Assembly: GCA_047975285.1 (NCBI GenBank)
Contig: JBKEDG010000061.1
Span: 8,808 to 72,807, forward strand
Reading direction: 5' to 3'
Source of the DNA: Bacilli bacterium
Lineage (GTDB): Bacteria; Bacillota_I; Bacilli_A; JBKEDG01
DNA: 64,000 bases
Positions within the stretch are counted from its first letter, which is position 1, and each line of letters opens with the position of its first letter. The notes beneath the pieces were generated by a model. The model was not told where the DNA came from. It did not search any database and saw only the letters and a program-made list of their open reading frames with translations. A program made the translations under genes and the position numbers. This document shows positions 30,505 through 40,828 of the stretch, one piece after another.

Positions 30505-31840
30505 TATCAATTAACCTTTCTAATGTCTTAGTATGATATTTACCATTTGCAAATTCTTCTCTTTCTAAAATCTCATATAAAAATTCTATATTCGTAGGGA
30601 TAGGTTCAATCACAAGTTCACAAAGTGCTTGTTTCATTTTATTTATCGCCTCTAGACGAGAATTTCCTTTTACAATTACTTTCAAAATCATGCTATCATA
30701 ATATTTACTTATTGTACATCCTTGATAAATAAATGTATCGACTCTTACACCATTGCCACCAGGAATATTAATATGGTCTATTTGACCAGGTACTGGCATA
30801 AACCCTCTAGATATATCTTCACAAGTAACGCGACACTCAATTGAATGATTTTTAAGTTCAATATCTTCTTGAGTAAAAGCAAGTTTTTCCCCGTTAGCTA
30901 TCAACAATTGCCATGCAACTAAATCAACATTAGAAACTTCTTCACTTATTGGATGTTCTACTTGTATTCTTGTATTCATCTCAATAAAATAAAAATTTTC
31001 ATTTTCATCCATAACATACTCAATTGTTCCTGCACCAATATACCCAATTTCTTTTGCTAAATTAGCACTAACATCAAACAATTTATTCCTAGTTTTATCA
31101 CTAAGTAATTTGCAAGGTGTTTCTTCAATAACTTTCTGATTTCTTCTTTGCATACTACAATCACGTTCACCTAGAGTTACAACATTTCCAAATTTGTCTG
31201 CTAATATTTGAACTTCTATATGCTTTGGATTAATTACAAACTGCTCAATATAAACATCACCATTACCAAATGCATTCTTTGCTTCATTAACACAAGTGTT
31301 ATAAGATATTTCTAAATCACATTCATCATATACAATCCTCATTCCTCTTCCACCACCACCATGAGTAGCTTTGATAAGAACTGGATATCCAATTTTATTC
31401 ATTTCCCTTTGTAAATGAGCAAAATCTTTAATAATACCTTTGCTCCCTTTTACTACAGGTACACCAGATTTAATTGCTGCGTCTCTAGCATTAGCTTTAT
31501 TTCCCATTAGTGTTATAGTTTCACTTTTTGGTCCAATAAATTCAATTCCACATTTTTCGCACAAATTAGCAAACTGATCATTTTCACTTAAAAATCCATA
31601 TCCTGGGTGGATAGCATCAGCTTCTGAAACAATCGCAGCACTAATAATTCGTTCCATATTTAAATAGCTTTCATTTAATTTATGATCCCCAATACAAACA
31701 CTTTCATCAGCCATTGTAACATGTAAACTCTCAGCATCAACTGTTGAATAAACTGCCACTGTTGTAAATCCTTCTTGATGGCAAGCTCTAATAATTCTTA
31801 CTGCAATTTCTCCTCGATTTGCAATTAATATTTTTTTCAT
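30497..31840 (-). CDS. accC: Biotin carboxylase
   Basis: ANRGEIA, HPGYGFLSEN, GGGGRGMR, EMNTRIQVEHP. Confidence 0.97.
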   Translation of the reverse strand: MKKILIANRGEIAVRIIRACHQEGFTTVAVYSTVDAESLHVTMADESVCIGDHKLNESYLNMERIISAAIVSEADAIHPGYGFLSENDQFANLCEKCGIEFIGPKSETITLMGNKANARDAAIKSGVPVVKGSKGIIKDFAHLQREMNKIGYPVLIKATHGGGGRGMRIVYDECDLEISYNTCVNEAKNAFGNGDVYIEQFVINPKHIEVQILADKFGNVVTLGERDCSMQRRNQKVIEETPCKLLSDKTRNKLFDVSANLAKEIGYIGAGTIEYVMDENENFYFIEMNTRIQVEHPISEEVSNVDLVAWQLLIANGEKLAFTQEDIELKNHSIECRVTCEDISRGFMPVPGQIDHINIPGGNGVRVDTFIYQGCTISKYYDSMILKVIVKGNSRLEAINKMKQALCELVIEPIPTNIEFLYEILEREEFANGKYHTKTLERLIDNE

Positions 31841-31848
31841 AAAATAAC

Positions 31849-32289
31849 CTATTTAATTTTAAAGATTGCTTGATTAAATTCTAAAGCATCTCCATCATTA
31901 ACCAATATTTCTGCAATAGTTCCTTCGCAGGGACATTCAATTTCATTCATCACTTTCATCGCTTCAACAATACAAAGAACTTGGCCTTTACTTACTTTAT
32001 CTCCAACTTTAACAAAGGCAGGCTTTTCAGGTGCTGGGCTTTTATAGAAAGTTCCTACTATTGGGCTAGAAACTATTTCCCCTAGCAATTCTTCCTGAAC
32101 ACTTTCAATTATAGGTTTTGGACTATTTGTTTCACTTATAATTTTGGGACTATTGTCAACTGCGATATCAACAGACTTCTTTAACTTTAAAGAATAATCG
32201 GAATCACTGTATTCAAAACTAATTAACTCAGTATTTTCAAACAAGGCAATTAATTCTTTTGTATATTCAATTCTTTCATTTTTATTCAT
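31849..32289 (-). CDS. accB: Biotin carboxyl carrier protein
   Basis: EAMKVMNEI biotinylation motif. Confidence 0.96.
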   Translation of the reverse strand: MNKNERIEYTKELIALFENTELISFEYSDSDYSLKLKKSVDIAVDNSPKIISETNSPKPIIESVQEELLGEIVSSPIVGTFYKSPAPEKPAFVKVGDKVSKGQVLCIVEAMKVMNEIECPCEGTIAEILVNDGDALEFNQAIFKIK

Positions 32290-32503
32290 TTATTTCACCT
32301 CTTTATAATTATATCATTTTTATATGTAAATTACTCATATACTTTTAAAATATATTCTATTTTACATTATTTATTAATAAATTACAATAAAATTTTGATG
32401 CAAAACGCTATAATTACGATTATTTTTTATAATAATCATAAAAATATTTTATACGTGTAGAATTATTTTCCAAATTACATTATAATAGATAGGAGGTGAT
32501 AAT

Positions 32504-33652
32504 ATGTTTATAAAAGAAACAATTAAAGCAAATGTAAGTTTAAAAGCTCATCCAGTAGGATTAAAGAATAAAATGAAACATTATTTTGAGGAATTAGAAG
32601 ATAAAGAAAATATTGATGGTGCCAAAAACGTTTTAATTATTGGTGGAAGTAGTGGGTATGGTCTTGCTACTAGGATTGTTGCGTCATCTAAGATGAATGC
32701 TAACACAATTAATGTTTGTTATGAAACTCCTCCAAAACTTAAAAAAACAGGAACAGCAGGTTATTGGAATATGAAATTTTTCAATGAATGTTCTAACACA
32801 AAGTCAATTGATTATAATATTGATGCTTTTGCAGATGAATCAATTAAAAAAGTAGTTAACAAGTTAAATGCTGAAAATATTAAAATAGATTTGGTAGTAT
32901 TCTCTTTAGCTGCAGGAGCAAAAATTACTAAAAATGGTCTTGTGACATCATCATTAAAACCAATCGGCAAAGACATTACTGGTAAAACTATTGACATTGC
33001 CAAAAATTGTATAAAAACAATAGAAATAAAACAAGCAAATCAACAAGAAATCGATGATACAGTTTTTGTGATGGGAGGACTAGACTGGTACAACTGGATA
33101 AAGCATTTAGTAAATAATAATTGCTTGACTTCAGATTGTAAAACCATTAGTTACACATATATTGGTTCTGACCCAACAAAGGACATTTATAGAAATGGAA
33201 CAATTGGAAAAGCTAAAGATGATTTAGAAAAAACTGTAGACAAAATTAATACTGATTTTAATGTTGACGCAAGTGTTGTTAGTGCTAAGGCAATTGCTTC
33301 AAAAGCAAGTGTATTTATTCCTAGTATGTCTATTTATGCAGGATGTCTATATGAAGTAATGCAAAATAACGGTACTCACGAAACAATTACTCAACATATT
33401 TATAGATTATTTAATGAATTAATCTATTCAAAAACTACTATTAAAGATGATAAGAATAGAATTAGACTTGATTCTTTTGAAATTGATAAAGATGTTCAAC
33501 AAAAAACACTTGATTTGATGAATAATTTGTCTGATGAGGAACTATTAAATTTAAAAGGTACTAAAGATTTCATTAAAGAATTTTATAATATAAATGGTTT
33601 TAGAGTCGATGGTATTGACTATGAATTAGAAGTGGATTTAAATTATTTATAA
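32504..33652 (+). CDS. fabV: FabV-type enoyl-ACP reductase / trans-2-enoyl-CoA reductase
   Basis: AHPVG, IGGSSGYGLATRI, GTAGYWN, VMGG, YX8K (YRNGTIGKAK). Confidence 0.9.
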   Translation: MFIKETIKANVSLKAHPVGLKNKMKHYFEELEDKENIDGAKNVLIIGGSSGYGLATRIVASSKMNANTINVCYETPPKLKKTGTAGYWNMKFFNECSNTKSIDYNIDAFADESIKKVVNKLNAENIKIDLVVFSLAAGAKITKNGLVTSSLKPIGKDITGKTIDIAKNCIKTIEIKQANQQEIDDTVFVMGGLDWYNWIKHLVNNNCLTSDCKTISYTYIGSDPTKDIYRNGTIGKAKDDLEKTVDKINTDFNVDASVVSAKAIASKASVFIPSMSIYAGCLYEVMQNNGTHETITQHIYRLFNELIYSKTTIKDDKNRIRLDSFEIDKDVQQKTLDLMNNLSDEELLNLKGTKDFIKEFYNINGFRVDGIDYELEVDLNYL

Positions 33653-33662
33653 GATTTTTAAC

Positions 33663-33691
33663 TTGAAAAATATTATTTTTTCTGATATACT
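33663..33691 (+). promoter_or_regulatory. SigA-type promoter of the D-Asx cluster
   Basis: TTGAAA-17 nt-TATACT with extended TGn. Confidence 0.65.
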
Positions 33692-33727
33692 AAAGTATGT
33701 ATATCATTAGAGTTTAGGAGGTATACT

Positions 33728-34942
33728 ATGCAAAAAAAATTTGAAGTCGTTTTACTAGGAAGTGATATGAATGTATATGGCATGGCAAGATCACTACATG
33801 AACAATACGGTATTATATCTCATTCTATTGGTAAAATGGAACTTGATTATATAAAATACAGTAAAATATTAAAGCACAATATTATACCTGACTTAGAAGA
33901 TGATTCTACTTTCGCTAATTATTTACTTGAATTTCATAAAAAATTAGACACAGATAAAGTTATTCTAGTCGCATGTGGTGATACATATGTTGATAAAATA
34001 ATTACTAATAAAAAAGATTTATCTGAAAAATATATTGTACCTTATATTGACCAAGATTTATCACTACGATTACAAAATAAAAAATCATTCTATAAAATAT
34101 GTGACCAATATGGTTTGAAATATCCAAAAACTCAGATAGTAAACGCTGAAAATTATCAAAACTTTACCCTTGAATTATCCTACCCAATTGTACTAAAACC
34201 CGCTAATACTGTAATGTACTGGCTTACGACTATTAAAGAAAGAAAAAAGGCGTACTTGGTTCATGACAACAAACAATTAGATCACATACTTTATAATATT
34301 TACTCTTCTGATTATAATGATGATTTTATCTTACAGGAATATCTTGATGGCGATGATTCAAGTATTGCTGTTGTTAATTGCTATTCAACGAGTGATGGAG
34401 AAGTTGTTATGCAAACATTTGGCAACGTTTTATTGGAAGATCACGCTCCTAATGGAATTGGTAGTCATATGGCAATAATAAGTAGTACTGAGCCTGAATT
34501 ATTAAAACAAATTAAATTATTTTTAGAAGATATAAATTATATTGGATTTTCTAACTTCGACTTGAAGTATGACTTTAGAGATAATACTTATAAATTTTTT
34601 GAAATTAATTTAAGGCAAGGTAGAAGTAGCTATTATGTAACTAATGCTGGATGTAATTTAGGAAAGTATCTTGTTGAGGAGTATATATTTAATAATACTT
34701 TAACCTATGAAACAGGAAAACCTAATAAACTATGGTCTGTAATACCAAAGTCAATTATTATGAAATATGTGAAGAATCGAGAGATGAAGTCAAAGTTTTT
34801 AAAAATATATAATGAATCTAAATATTGTAACTCATTAATATATGCTAAAGACTTATCTTTTAAAAGGTTGTTAATGCAGACTAAAAATTTTCATTTACAA
34901 AAACTAAGATATTTGAAACATTTTAGCGACAAGGAGTTATAA
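33728..34942 (+). CDS. ATP-grasp D-aspartate ligase (Asl family)
   Basis: LLGSDMNVYGMARS, YPIVLKP, LQEY, GFSNFDLKYD, FFEINLRQGRSSYY; adjacent to racemase and AsnB. Confidence 0.85.
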   Translation: MQKKFEVVLLGSDMNVYGMARSLHEQYGIISHSIGKMELDYIKYSKILKHNIIPDLEDDSTFANYLLEFHKKLDTDKVILVACGDTYVDKIITNKKDLSEKYIVPYIDQDLSLRLQNKKSFYKICDQYGLKYPKTQIVNAENYQNFTLELSYPIVLKPANTVMYWLTTIKERKKAYLVHDNKQLDHILYNIYSSDYNDDFILQEYLDGDDSSIAVVNCYSTSDGEVVMQTFGNVLLEDHAPNGIGSHMAIISSTEPELLKQIKLFLEDINYIGFSNFDLKYDFRDNTYKFFEINLRQGRSSYYVTNAGCNLGKYLVEEYIFNNTLTYETGKPNKLWSVIPKSIIMKYVKNREMKSKFLKIYNESKYCNSLIYAKDLSFKRLLMQTKNFHLQKLRYLKHFSDKEL

Positions 34943-35611
34943 ATGAAACTAGGAATTATTGGTGGACTTGGACCGCTAGCAGGATATGATTTTGGAAGAC
35001 GTTTAACAAAAGCATCAAAAGTAAAAAGTGATCAAGAGCATATTGAAACAATATTATTAAGCGATACAAAAGTGCCTGATCGTACTGATTATATCCTAAA
35101 AAAAAGTTGTTGTAGTCCCTTACCAAAATTAAAAAATGATGTAGCTATATTAAACCAGTTAAAGGTTGATTATATTGCTATAATATGTAATACTGCTCAT
35201 TATTTTTATGAAGAACTTGCAAAAAATTCAAATGCAGTTATTTATAATATGATAGAAATTGCAATTTCAAAGTATTTTAACAAAAAAATCGGACTAATTT
35301 CAACCAAAGGAACACGCGATAGTAAAATATATGAAATTTATGCTAATAAATACAATGTTGAATTAATTACACTTGATGATTATCATCAACAAATTGCAAC
35401 AGAAATAATATATTCTCAAGTTAAAAAAAACTTGCCTATTTGTGAAAAAGATTTTAGAACAATATGTGACTATCTATTTTCAAAAGGATGTGTAAAAATT
35501 ATTCTTGGTTGCACTGAACTTTCAACTGCTAAGGCAGAATTCTTATTAAGTGAATTATATATTGACCCTGTTGAAAAATTGATAATAAAAATAATAGGTG
35601 ACTTTTACTAA
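34943..35611 (+). CDS. racD: Aspartate racemase
   Basis: GIIGGLGP, DQEH, PDRT, CNTAH and GCTE catalytic cysteines. Confidence 0.88.
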   Translation: MKLGIIGGLGPLAGYDFGRRLTKASKVKSDQEHIETILLSDTKVPDRTDYILKKSCCSPLPKLKNDVAILNQLKVDYIAIICNTAHYFYEELAKNSNAVIYNMIEIAISKYFNKKIGLISTKGTRDSKIYEIYANKYNVELITLDDYHQQIATEIIYSQVKKNLPICEKDFRTICDYLFSKGCVKIILGCTELSTAKAEFLLSELYIDPVEKLIIKIIGDFY

Positions 35612-35626
35612 AAAGAAAGGAATAAT

Positions 35627-37435
35627 ATGTGTGGATTTGTAGGATACAAAGGAAATATAAATGATAATCAAGTAATTAAAGACATGTGTGATGCAATCAT
35701 TCATCGTGGGTCAGAACATAATACATATGCTGATAATAATATAACTATGGGGTTTCAAAGGCTTAGTATTGTTGGAGATAATACTGGCACTCAACCGATG
35801 CACGATTATACAAATAGATACGTCTTAATGTTTAATGGTGAAATTTATAATCACGAATTCTTAAGAAATGAACTTGAACAGTTAGGATTTAAATTCAAAA
35901 CTTCTTCAGATTCAGAGGTTATACTAAATTTATATGCAAAATATCAAGAAAAATGTTTAAATAAATTGCGTGGTATGTTCGCTTTTATAATTTATGATAA
36001 GCAAGAAAACACAATTTTTGGGGCAAGAGATCAATTTGGTATAAAGCCTTTTTATTACTATACTAAAGACGACAATTTTATGTTTGGATCTGAAATAAAA
36101 TCACTATTAAAGCATCCTAATTTTATTAAGGAGTTTAACAAAGATGCGTTAAATCCCTATTTGATTTTTCAAACAAATATGCTTGAAGAGACATTTTTTA
36201 AAAACGTTTTTAAACTTTTACCTGGACATTTTTTTGTTTATAAAAATAATACCCTAATTGTTGAAAAATACTATAAATACTCTTTTACAAAAGAAATTAA
36301 AGATAAAGAATATGCACAAAAGTTATTAGATAAAGCCTTAACTAACTCAATAACGATGCATTCTAACTCTAATAAAAAGATTTGTACATTTTTATCTAGT
36401 GGAATAGATTCTAGTATAATTACTGCAAAATTATTACCTAACAAAGCCTATAGTGCTGGCTTTGATTCTATGTTTAACGAAACTAAAGATGCACATGCGT
36501 TATGTAATATAATTGAAGTGGATTTTGAAAAAGTTATTATTTCAGAGCAAGATGTATTTAATAATCTTGATACAATATTATATCATTTAGATGAACCTCA
36601 TGCAAATCCATCACTTGTTCCACTCTATTTTTTGAGTAAAAAAGCAAGTGAAGATTATGAAATTGTTTTAACTGGAGAGGGGGCTGATGAATTATTTGGT
36701 GGTTATTACTTATATGATTTAAATTTGAAATTTGAAAAATATGATAAATTACCTCTAAAAATTAGAACCGTGCTTTCAAAAATTTTTGAAAATTTGAAGT
36801 TTTTGCCTAAATCAAAATTTTTTATAGATGGTAATAAGTCTTTAGAAGAAAGATTTATTGGACACGCGAAGATTTTTGACGAAAATGAACTAAAAAAATT
36901 TAGTAGAATTAAATCGAAATATAGTCTAAAAAGTATCTTAACGCCGTTTTACAAAGATACTAAAAATGATGATTATTTAACTAAAATGCAATATCTAGAC
37001 TTGAATCTTTGGCAACCAAATGATATTTTACTAAAAGCTGATAAAATGACTATGGCTCATACAATTGAAAGCAGAGTACCTTTTTTAGATTTAGACGTAT
37101 TTGATATAGCAAGAAAACTGGACTCAAATTTACTAATAGAAAACCATCAAGGTAAAAAAATCCTTAGAGATATTTCTTTAAAAGTCTTACCTTCTGAATG
37201 GGCAAAACGAAAAAAAATGGGTTTTCCTGTTCCTGTTAAAGACTGGTTTAGAAATGAATTAGGCTATAATTATGCAAAAAATATATTTAACCAACCTTGG
37301 GTTGGTGAGTTCTTTGAAAAAAAATTTATAAATGATTTGCTTGATAGTCATTACAACAAAGAAGTTACAGAACAAAGAAAAATTTGGACAATACTAGTAT
37401 TTTGTGTATGGTATCAAAAATTCTTTATTAACTAA
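35627..37435 (+). CDS. asnB: Asparagine synthetase (glutamine-hydrolysing), AsnB/AsnH type
   Basis: MCGF, FNGEIYN, RDQFGIKP, LSSGIDSS, GEGADELFGGY, ESRVPFLD. Confidence 0.93.
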   Translation: MCGFVGYKGNINDNQVIKDMCDAIIHRGSEHNTYADNNITMGFQRLSIVGDNTGTQPMHDYTNRYVLMFNGEIYNHEFLRNELEQLGFKFKTSSDSEVILNLYAKYQEKCLNKLRGMFAFIIYDKQENTIFGARDQFGIKPFYYYTKDDNFMFGSEIKSLLKHPNFIKEFNKDALNPYLIFQTNMLEETFFKNVFKLLPGHFFVYKNNTLIVEKYYKYSFTKEIKDKEYAQKLLDKALTNSITMHSNSNKKICTFLSSGIDSSIITAKLLPNKAYSAGFDSMFNETKDAHALCNIIEVDFEKVIISEQDVFNNLDTILYHLDEPHANPSLVPLYFLSKKASEDYEIVLTGEGADELFGGYYLYDLNLKFEKYDKLPLKIRTVLSKIFENLKFLPKSKFFIDGNKSLEERFIGHAKIFDENELKKFSRIKSKYSLKSILTPFYKDTKNDDYLTKMQYLDLNLWQPNDILLKADKMTMAHTIESRVPFLDLDVFDIARKLDSNLLIENHQGKKILRDISLKVLPSEWAKRKKMGFPVPVKDWFRNELGYNYAKNIFNQPWVGEFFEKKFINDLLDSHYNKEVTEQRKIWTILVFCVWYQKFFIN

Positions 37436-37472
37436 AAAAGCCCTAAAACTTTTAAAGTTTTAGGATTTTTTT
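37434..37472. terminator. Bidirectional terminator between convergent asnB and vor genes
   Basis: CCTAAAACTT/AAGTTTTAGG stem flanked by A-run and T-run. Confidence 0.75.
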
Positions 37473-38020
37473 TATTTTTGAGTTTTTACAGCTTCAATTC
37501 CTCTTTTAACTGCTTCCATATTGGCAGGAATAAATTTTTCTTTTCCGCCAGTAAATTTTTCTTTAAATGCAGCTTCAACATTATCAATTGTAAACTGTTG
37601 CTTTGCTTCAGTTATTGCACCTAACATTACCATATTTTGAAATTTTGCTGATCCAATTTCAGTTGCAATATCTGTTGCATTAATATAATAGACTTCCAAA
37701 TCTTCCCTTTCAATCTTACTTTTTACAACTGAACTATTAACAACAACCAGACCACCTTTAATTATGCGATCTACAAATTTATCAATAGAAGGTTGATTCA
37801 TTGCAACGAGAATTGAAATATCATTGTTAATAAGCGGAGATCCTATCATATCATCAGAATAGACTACACTACAATTTGCAGTCCCACCTCGCATTTCCGC
37901 ACCATATGCTGGAATCCATGTTACATGTTTATCATTATGCATATTAACTAGTGATAGAATTTGACCTAACGATAAAACACCTTGTCCACCAAATCCAGAA
38001 CAAATTACTTTTTCAATCAT
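37472..38020 (-). CDS. 2-oxoacid:ferredoxin oxidoreductase gamma subunit
   Basis: GFGGQGV, YGAEMRGGTA, NMVMLGA; start ATG 38020 with GAGGAGG RBS. Confidence 0.92.
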   Translation of the reverse strand: MIEKVICSGFGGQGVLSLGQILSLVNMHNDKHVTWIPAYGAEMRGGTANCSVVYSDDMIGSPLINNDISILVAMNQPSIDKFVDRIIKGGLVVVNSSVVKSKIEREDLEVYYINATDIATEIGSAKFQNMVMLGAITEAKQQFTIDNVEAAFKEKFTGGKEKFIPANMEAVKRGIEAVKTQK

Positions 38021-38021
38021 A

Positions 38022-38768
38022 TTATAGTGCCTCCTCATCTTTATATACACCAAGTGGGTAATACGCAATCATATGCTCTCTTAACCAATCCATTGAGTCA
38101 ACTGCACTCATTCCCCAACCAATGTTACAAGTTCCCAGTACTTCAACTAAACTAAAACCTTTGCCTGCCAATTGATTCTCAAACGCTTTCTTAATCGCTT
38201 TTTTAGCTTTTCTAACGTTAGCAGGTCCATCAGCACTTACACGCTCAATATATCTAGCTCCTGGAATTGTAGCAAGCATTTCACTTATTTTAAGTGGTAA
38301 TCCTGCCTCACTTACAGATCTACCATATGGAGAAGTAGTAGTAACTTGTCCCTCAAGAGTAGTTGGAGCCATTTGCCCACCAGTCATTCCATAAATTGCG
38401 TTATTTACAAAAATCACAGTGATATTTTCGCTTCTATGCGCTGCATGGACTATTTCAGCAGCACCTATTGATGCTAAATCTCCATCTCCTTGATAAGTAA
38501 AAATAACTTTTTCTGGATGAATTCTCTTTAAACCAGTTGCTACAGCTGGTGCTCTACCATGTGCTGAACTTATTCCATCACAATTAAAGAATTCATTACA
38601 AAAAACACTACAACCAACACTTGCAACACTTATTGTATTATCTAAAACTCCTAATTCTACTAGTACTTCAGCAACTAATTTATGCACAATACCATGTGTA
38701 CATCCTGGACAATAAGACAATTCTTTATTAGTAAGCCCACTTGACTTTTCAAATATCATATTACTCAT
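38022..38768 (-). CDS. 2-oxoacid:ferredoxin oxidoreductase beta (TPP-binding) subunit
   Basis: YCPGCTHG, HGRA, QGDGDL, NNAIYGMTGGQ. Confidence 0.93.
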   Translation of the reverse strand: MSNMIFEKSSGLTNKELSYCPGCTHGIVHKLVAEVLVELGVLDNTISVASVGCSVFCNEFFNCDGISSAHGRAPAVATGLKRIHPEKVIFTYQGDGDLASIGAAEIVHAAHRSENITVIFVNNAIYGMTGGQMAPTTLEGQVTTTSPYGRSVSEAGLPLKISEMLATIPGARYIERVSADGPANVRKAKKAIKKAFENQLAGKGFSLVEVLGTCNIGWGMSAVDSMDWLREHMIAYYPLGVYKDEEAL

Positions 38769-39825
38769 TAATACTCGCCCCCATATCTAATAAAATTTTA
38801 TCTTCAATTTCTTCAACTGTAAACATATTACCACCAGTTCTTCCATAGAAAGAAACTGCTCTTTTACCGTTATTAGCAATTTTTACATCATCTATCATTT
38901 GCCCACAACTATATTCAGCAACAAGAAGTTTTTCAACATTATCACTTAACTGATCAAATGCAACTTGTGGAAATGGTTTTAATGTAATCGGGCGAATTAA
39001 TCCTACTTTAATTCCTTTATTTCTTAAATTATCTACAGCGTTACGAACAACTCGTGAAGCTGATCCATACGAAACAACTACTAATTGTGCATCATCACAT
39101 AAATAAGATTCATGTAATTGTTCAGAATTCATCTTTGCATACTTTTTTTGTAAATGCATGTTATGTGCTTCTAATTCGTTTACATCTAAATGTAGTGAAC
39201 TTACAATATGTTGCTCACGATTTTTTGTACCTTCTTCTAAACTCCAAGATCTATTATCAATATTCTCATACGGAGAATCATTAATTTCAACTGGTTCCAT
39301 CATTTGACACAGCATTCCATCAGCTAAAACAATTGAAGGTGTACGATACTTTTCAGCCAAGTAAAATGCCTTTTGTGTTAAATCAGCTAACTCTTGCAAA
39401 TTAGAAGGTGCTAGTACTAGACACTGATAATCTCCGTTTCCTCCTCCTCTTGTCGCTTGAAAATAATCAGATTGTGATGGTAAAATCCCACCTAACCCAG
39501 GTCCACTTCTAGATATTGATGCAATAACACAAGGTAATTCAGCTGCAGCTAAATATGAGATACCTTCCTGCTTTAAAGCAATTCCTGGTGATGATGATGA
39601 AGTCATAACGCGTTTACCAGTAGCTGCTCCACCATAGACCATGTTAATTGCAGCAACTTCACTCTCAGACTGAACAAACACTCCACCAATTTTTGGTAAT
39701 TCACGAGACATATATTCTGGAACTTCATTTTGTGGTGTTATCGGATAACCAAAGAAGTATTTACATTCTGCCTTTATTGCTGCTTCACATAAAACTTCTG
39801 CACCTTTCATTAACTTTCTAGCCAT
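38761..39825 (-). CDS. vorB: 2-oxoacid (probably 2-ketoisovalerate):ferredoxin oxidoreductase alpha subunit
   Basis: FGYPITPQ, ESEVAAINM, TSSSSPGIALKQE, GGGNGDY-like motif typical of VorB. Confidence 0.85.
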   Translation of the reverse strand: MARKLMKGAEVLCEAAIKAECKYFFGYPITPQNEVPEYMSRELPKIGGVFVQSESEVAAINMVYGGAATGKRVMTSSSSPGIALKQEGISYLAAAELPCVIASISRSGPGLGGILPSQSDYFQATRGGGNGDYQCLVLAPSNLQELADLTQKAFYLAEKYRTPSIVLADGMLCQMMEPVEINDSPYENIDNRSWSLEEGTKNREQHIVSSLHLDVNELEAHNMHLQKKYAKMNSEQLHESYLCDDAQLVVVSYGSASRVVRNAVDNLRNKGIKVGLIRPITLKPFPQVAFDQLSDNVEKLLVAEYSCGQMIDDVKIANNGKRAVSFYGRTGGNMFTVEEIEDKILLDMGASINE

Positions 39826-40045
39826 TCTTTTCACCTCTTTCAATTGTGATCACACTATCTGGACACATAATAGCACAGTTAGAACATCCAATACATTTTT
39901 CTGGTTCCACTATTTCTGCAGGATTATAACCTTTTACATTAACCGTACTTTTGTCAAGTGCTAAAATGTTAACTGGACAAGCCACAATACATAACTCACA
40001 CCCTTTACATTTCTCAATTTCAAAAAACAATTTTCCTTTTGCCAT
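39818..40045 (-). CDS. 2x[4Fe-4S] ferredoxin (oxidoreductase delta subunit)
   Basis: CKGCELCIVACP and CIGCSNCAIMCP. Confidence 0.93.
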   Translation of the reverse strand: MAKGKLFFEIEKCKGCELCIVACPVNILALDKSTVNVKGYNPAEIVEPEKCIGCSNCAIMCPDSVITIERGEKNG

Positions 40046-40056
40046 ACTTTCTCCTC

Positions 40057-40722
40057 TCAATTTTTATCTTTTTCTAATAAAAATTCAAAAACTTCTATCC
40101 TCTTACCTTCAAGACCATTACATTGTAATTTACTATCAAGTAAGTAATATTCAATATTGAGATCATACTTAGAATTTAAAACAATTTGTTGTGCACGTAT
40201 CATATCATCACAATTTGAATATTGCATTAGATGACTATTGTTGACAATACCAGTTATTTGGAGTTTACTATAGTTATTAATGTATCCAATTTTGCTATTG
40301 AAACTCTCTACATCCATATTTCCTTCACGATTAGCATTGATTACATAAAGAAAATTGTAAACCCCATTATTTCTATCAACTAAATCTTCTAAAAATGATG
40401 GTATCATTCTTAATCCCACTTCACTTCCAGCAAGATCTAAGATTAAATGATTATTTTCATCATTAATTGCATTATAAAAATTAGGAGCAAAATGTGGTAC
40501 ATCTGTATTAGCATTTGATCCTAATATGTTACCAAGCAATTCAATTCCATAATCATTAAGCGTTTTCTCTCTTTCTCTAGATCTAAAATATACATTTACT
40601 ACATCTAAATCAGCAACGTAAATTTTTTTATCTGTATTCTTACTCAAATATAAAGCATACTGCAACGTAAACTCACTCTTACCACTTCCGTATAAGCCAG
40701 TTATAATTGTAATTTGGGCCAT
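40057..40722 (-). CDS. Uncharacterised P-loop NTPase heading the vor operon
   Basis: GLYGSGKS Walker A, DLDVVNVYFRSRE. Confidence 0.75.
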   Translation of the reverse strand: MAQITIITGLYGSGKSEFTLQYALYLSKNTDKKIYVADLDVVNVYFRSREREKTLNDYGIELLGNILGSNANTDVPHFAPNFYNAINDENNHLILDLAGSEVGLRMIPSFLEDLVDRNNGVYNFLYVINANREGNMDVESFNSKIGYINNYSKLQITGIVNNSHLMQYSNCDDMIRAQQIVLNSKYDLNIEYYLLDSKLQCNGLEGKRIEVFEFLLEKDKN

Positions 40723-40794
40723 TAAATACCACCTCTATACTTATTATACCATATAGAAAGTAAATTTGTTAAGTTAATATTTCAAATACAACTG

Positions 40795-40820
40795 AAAAAA
40801 GCGTGAAAATAATCACGCTT
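40795..40820 (-). terminator. Terminator of mutL-miaA
   Basis: AAGCGTGA/TCACGCTT stem with A-run on + strand. Confidence 0.7.
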
Positions 40821-40828
40821 CCATAACT

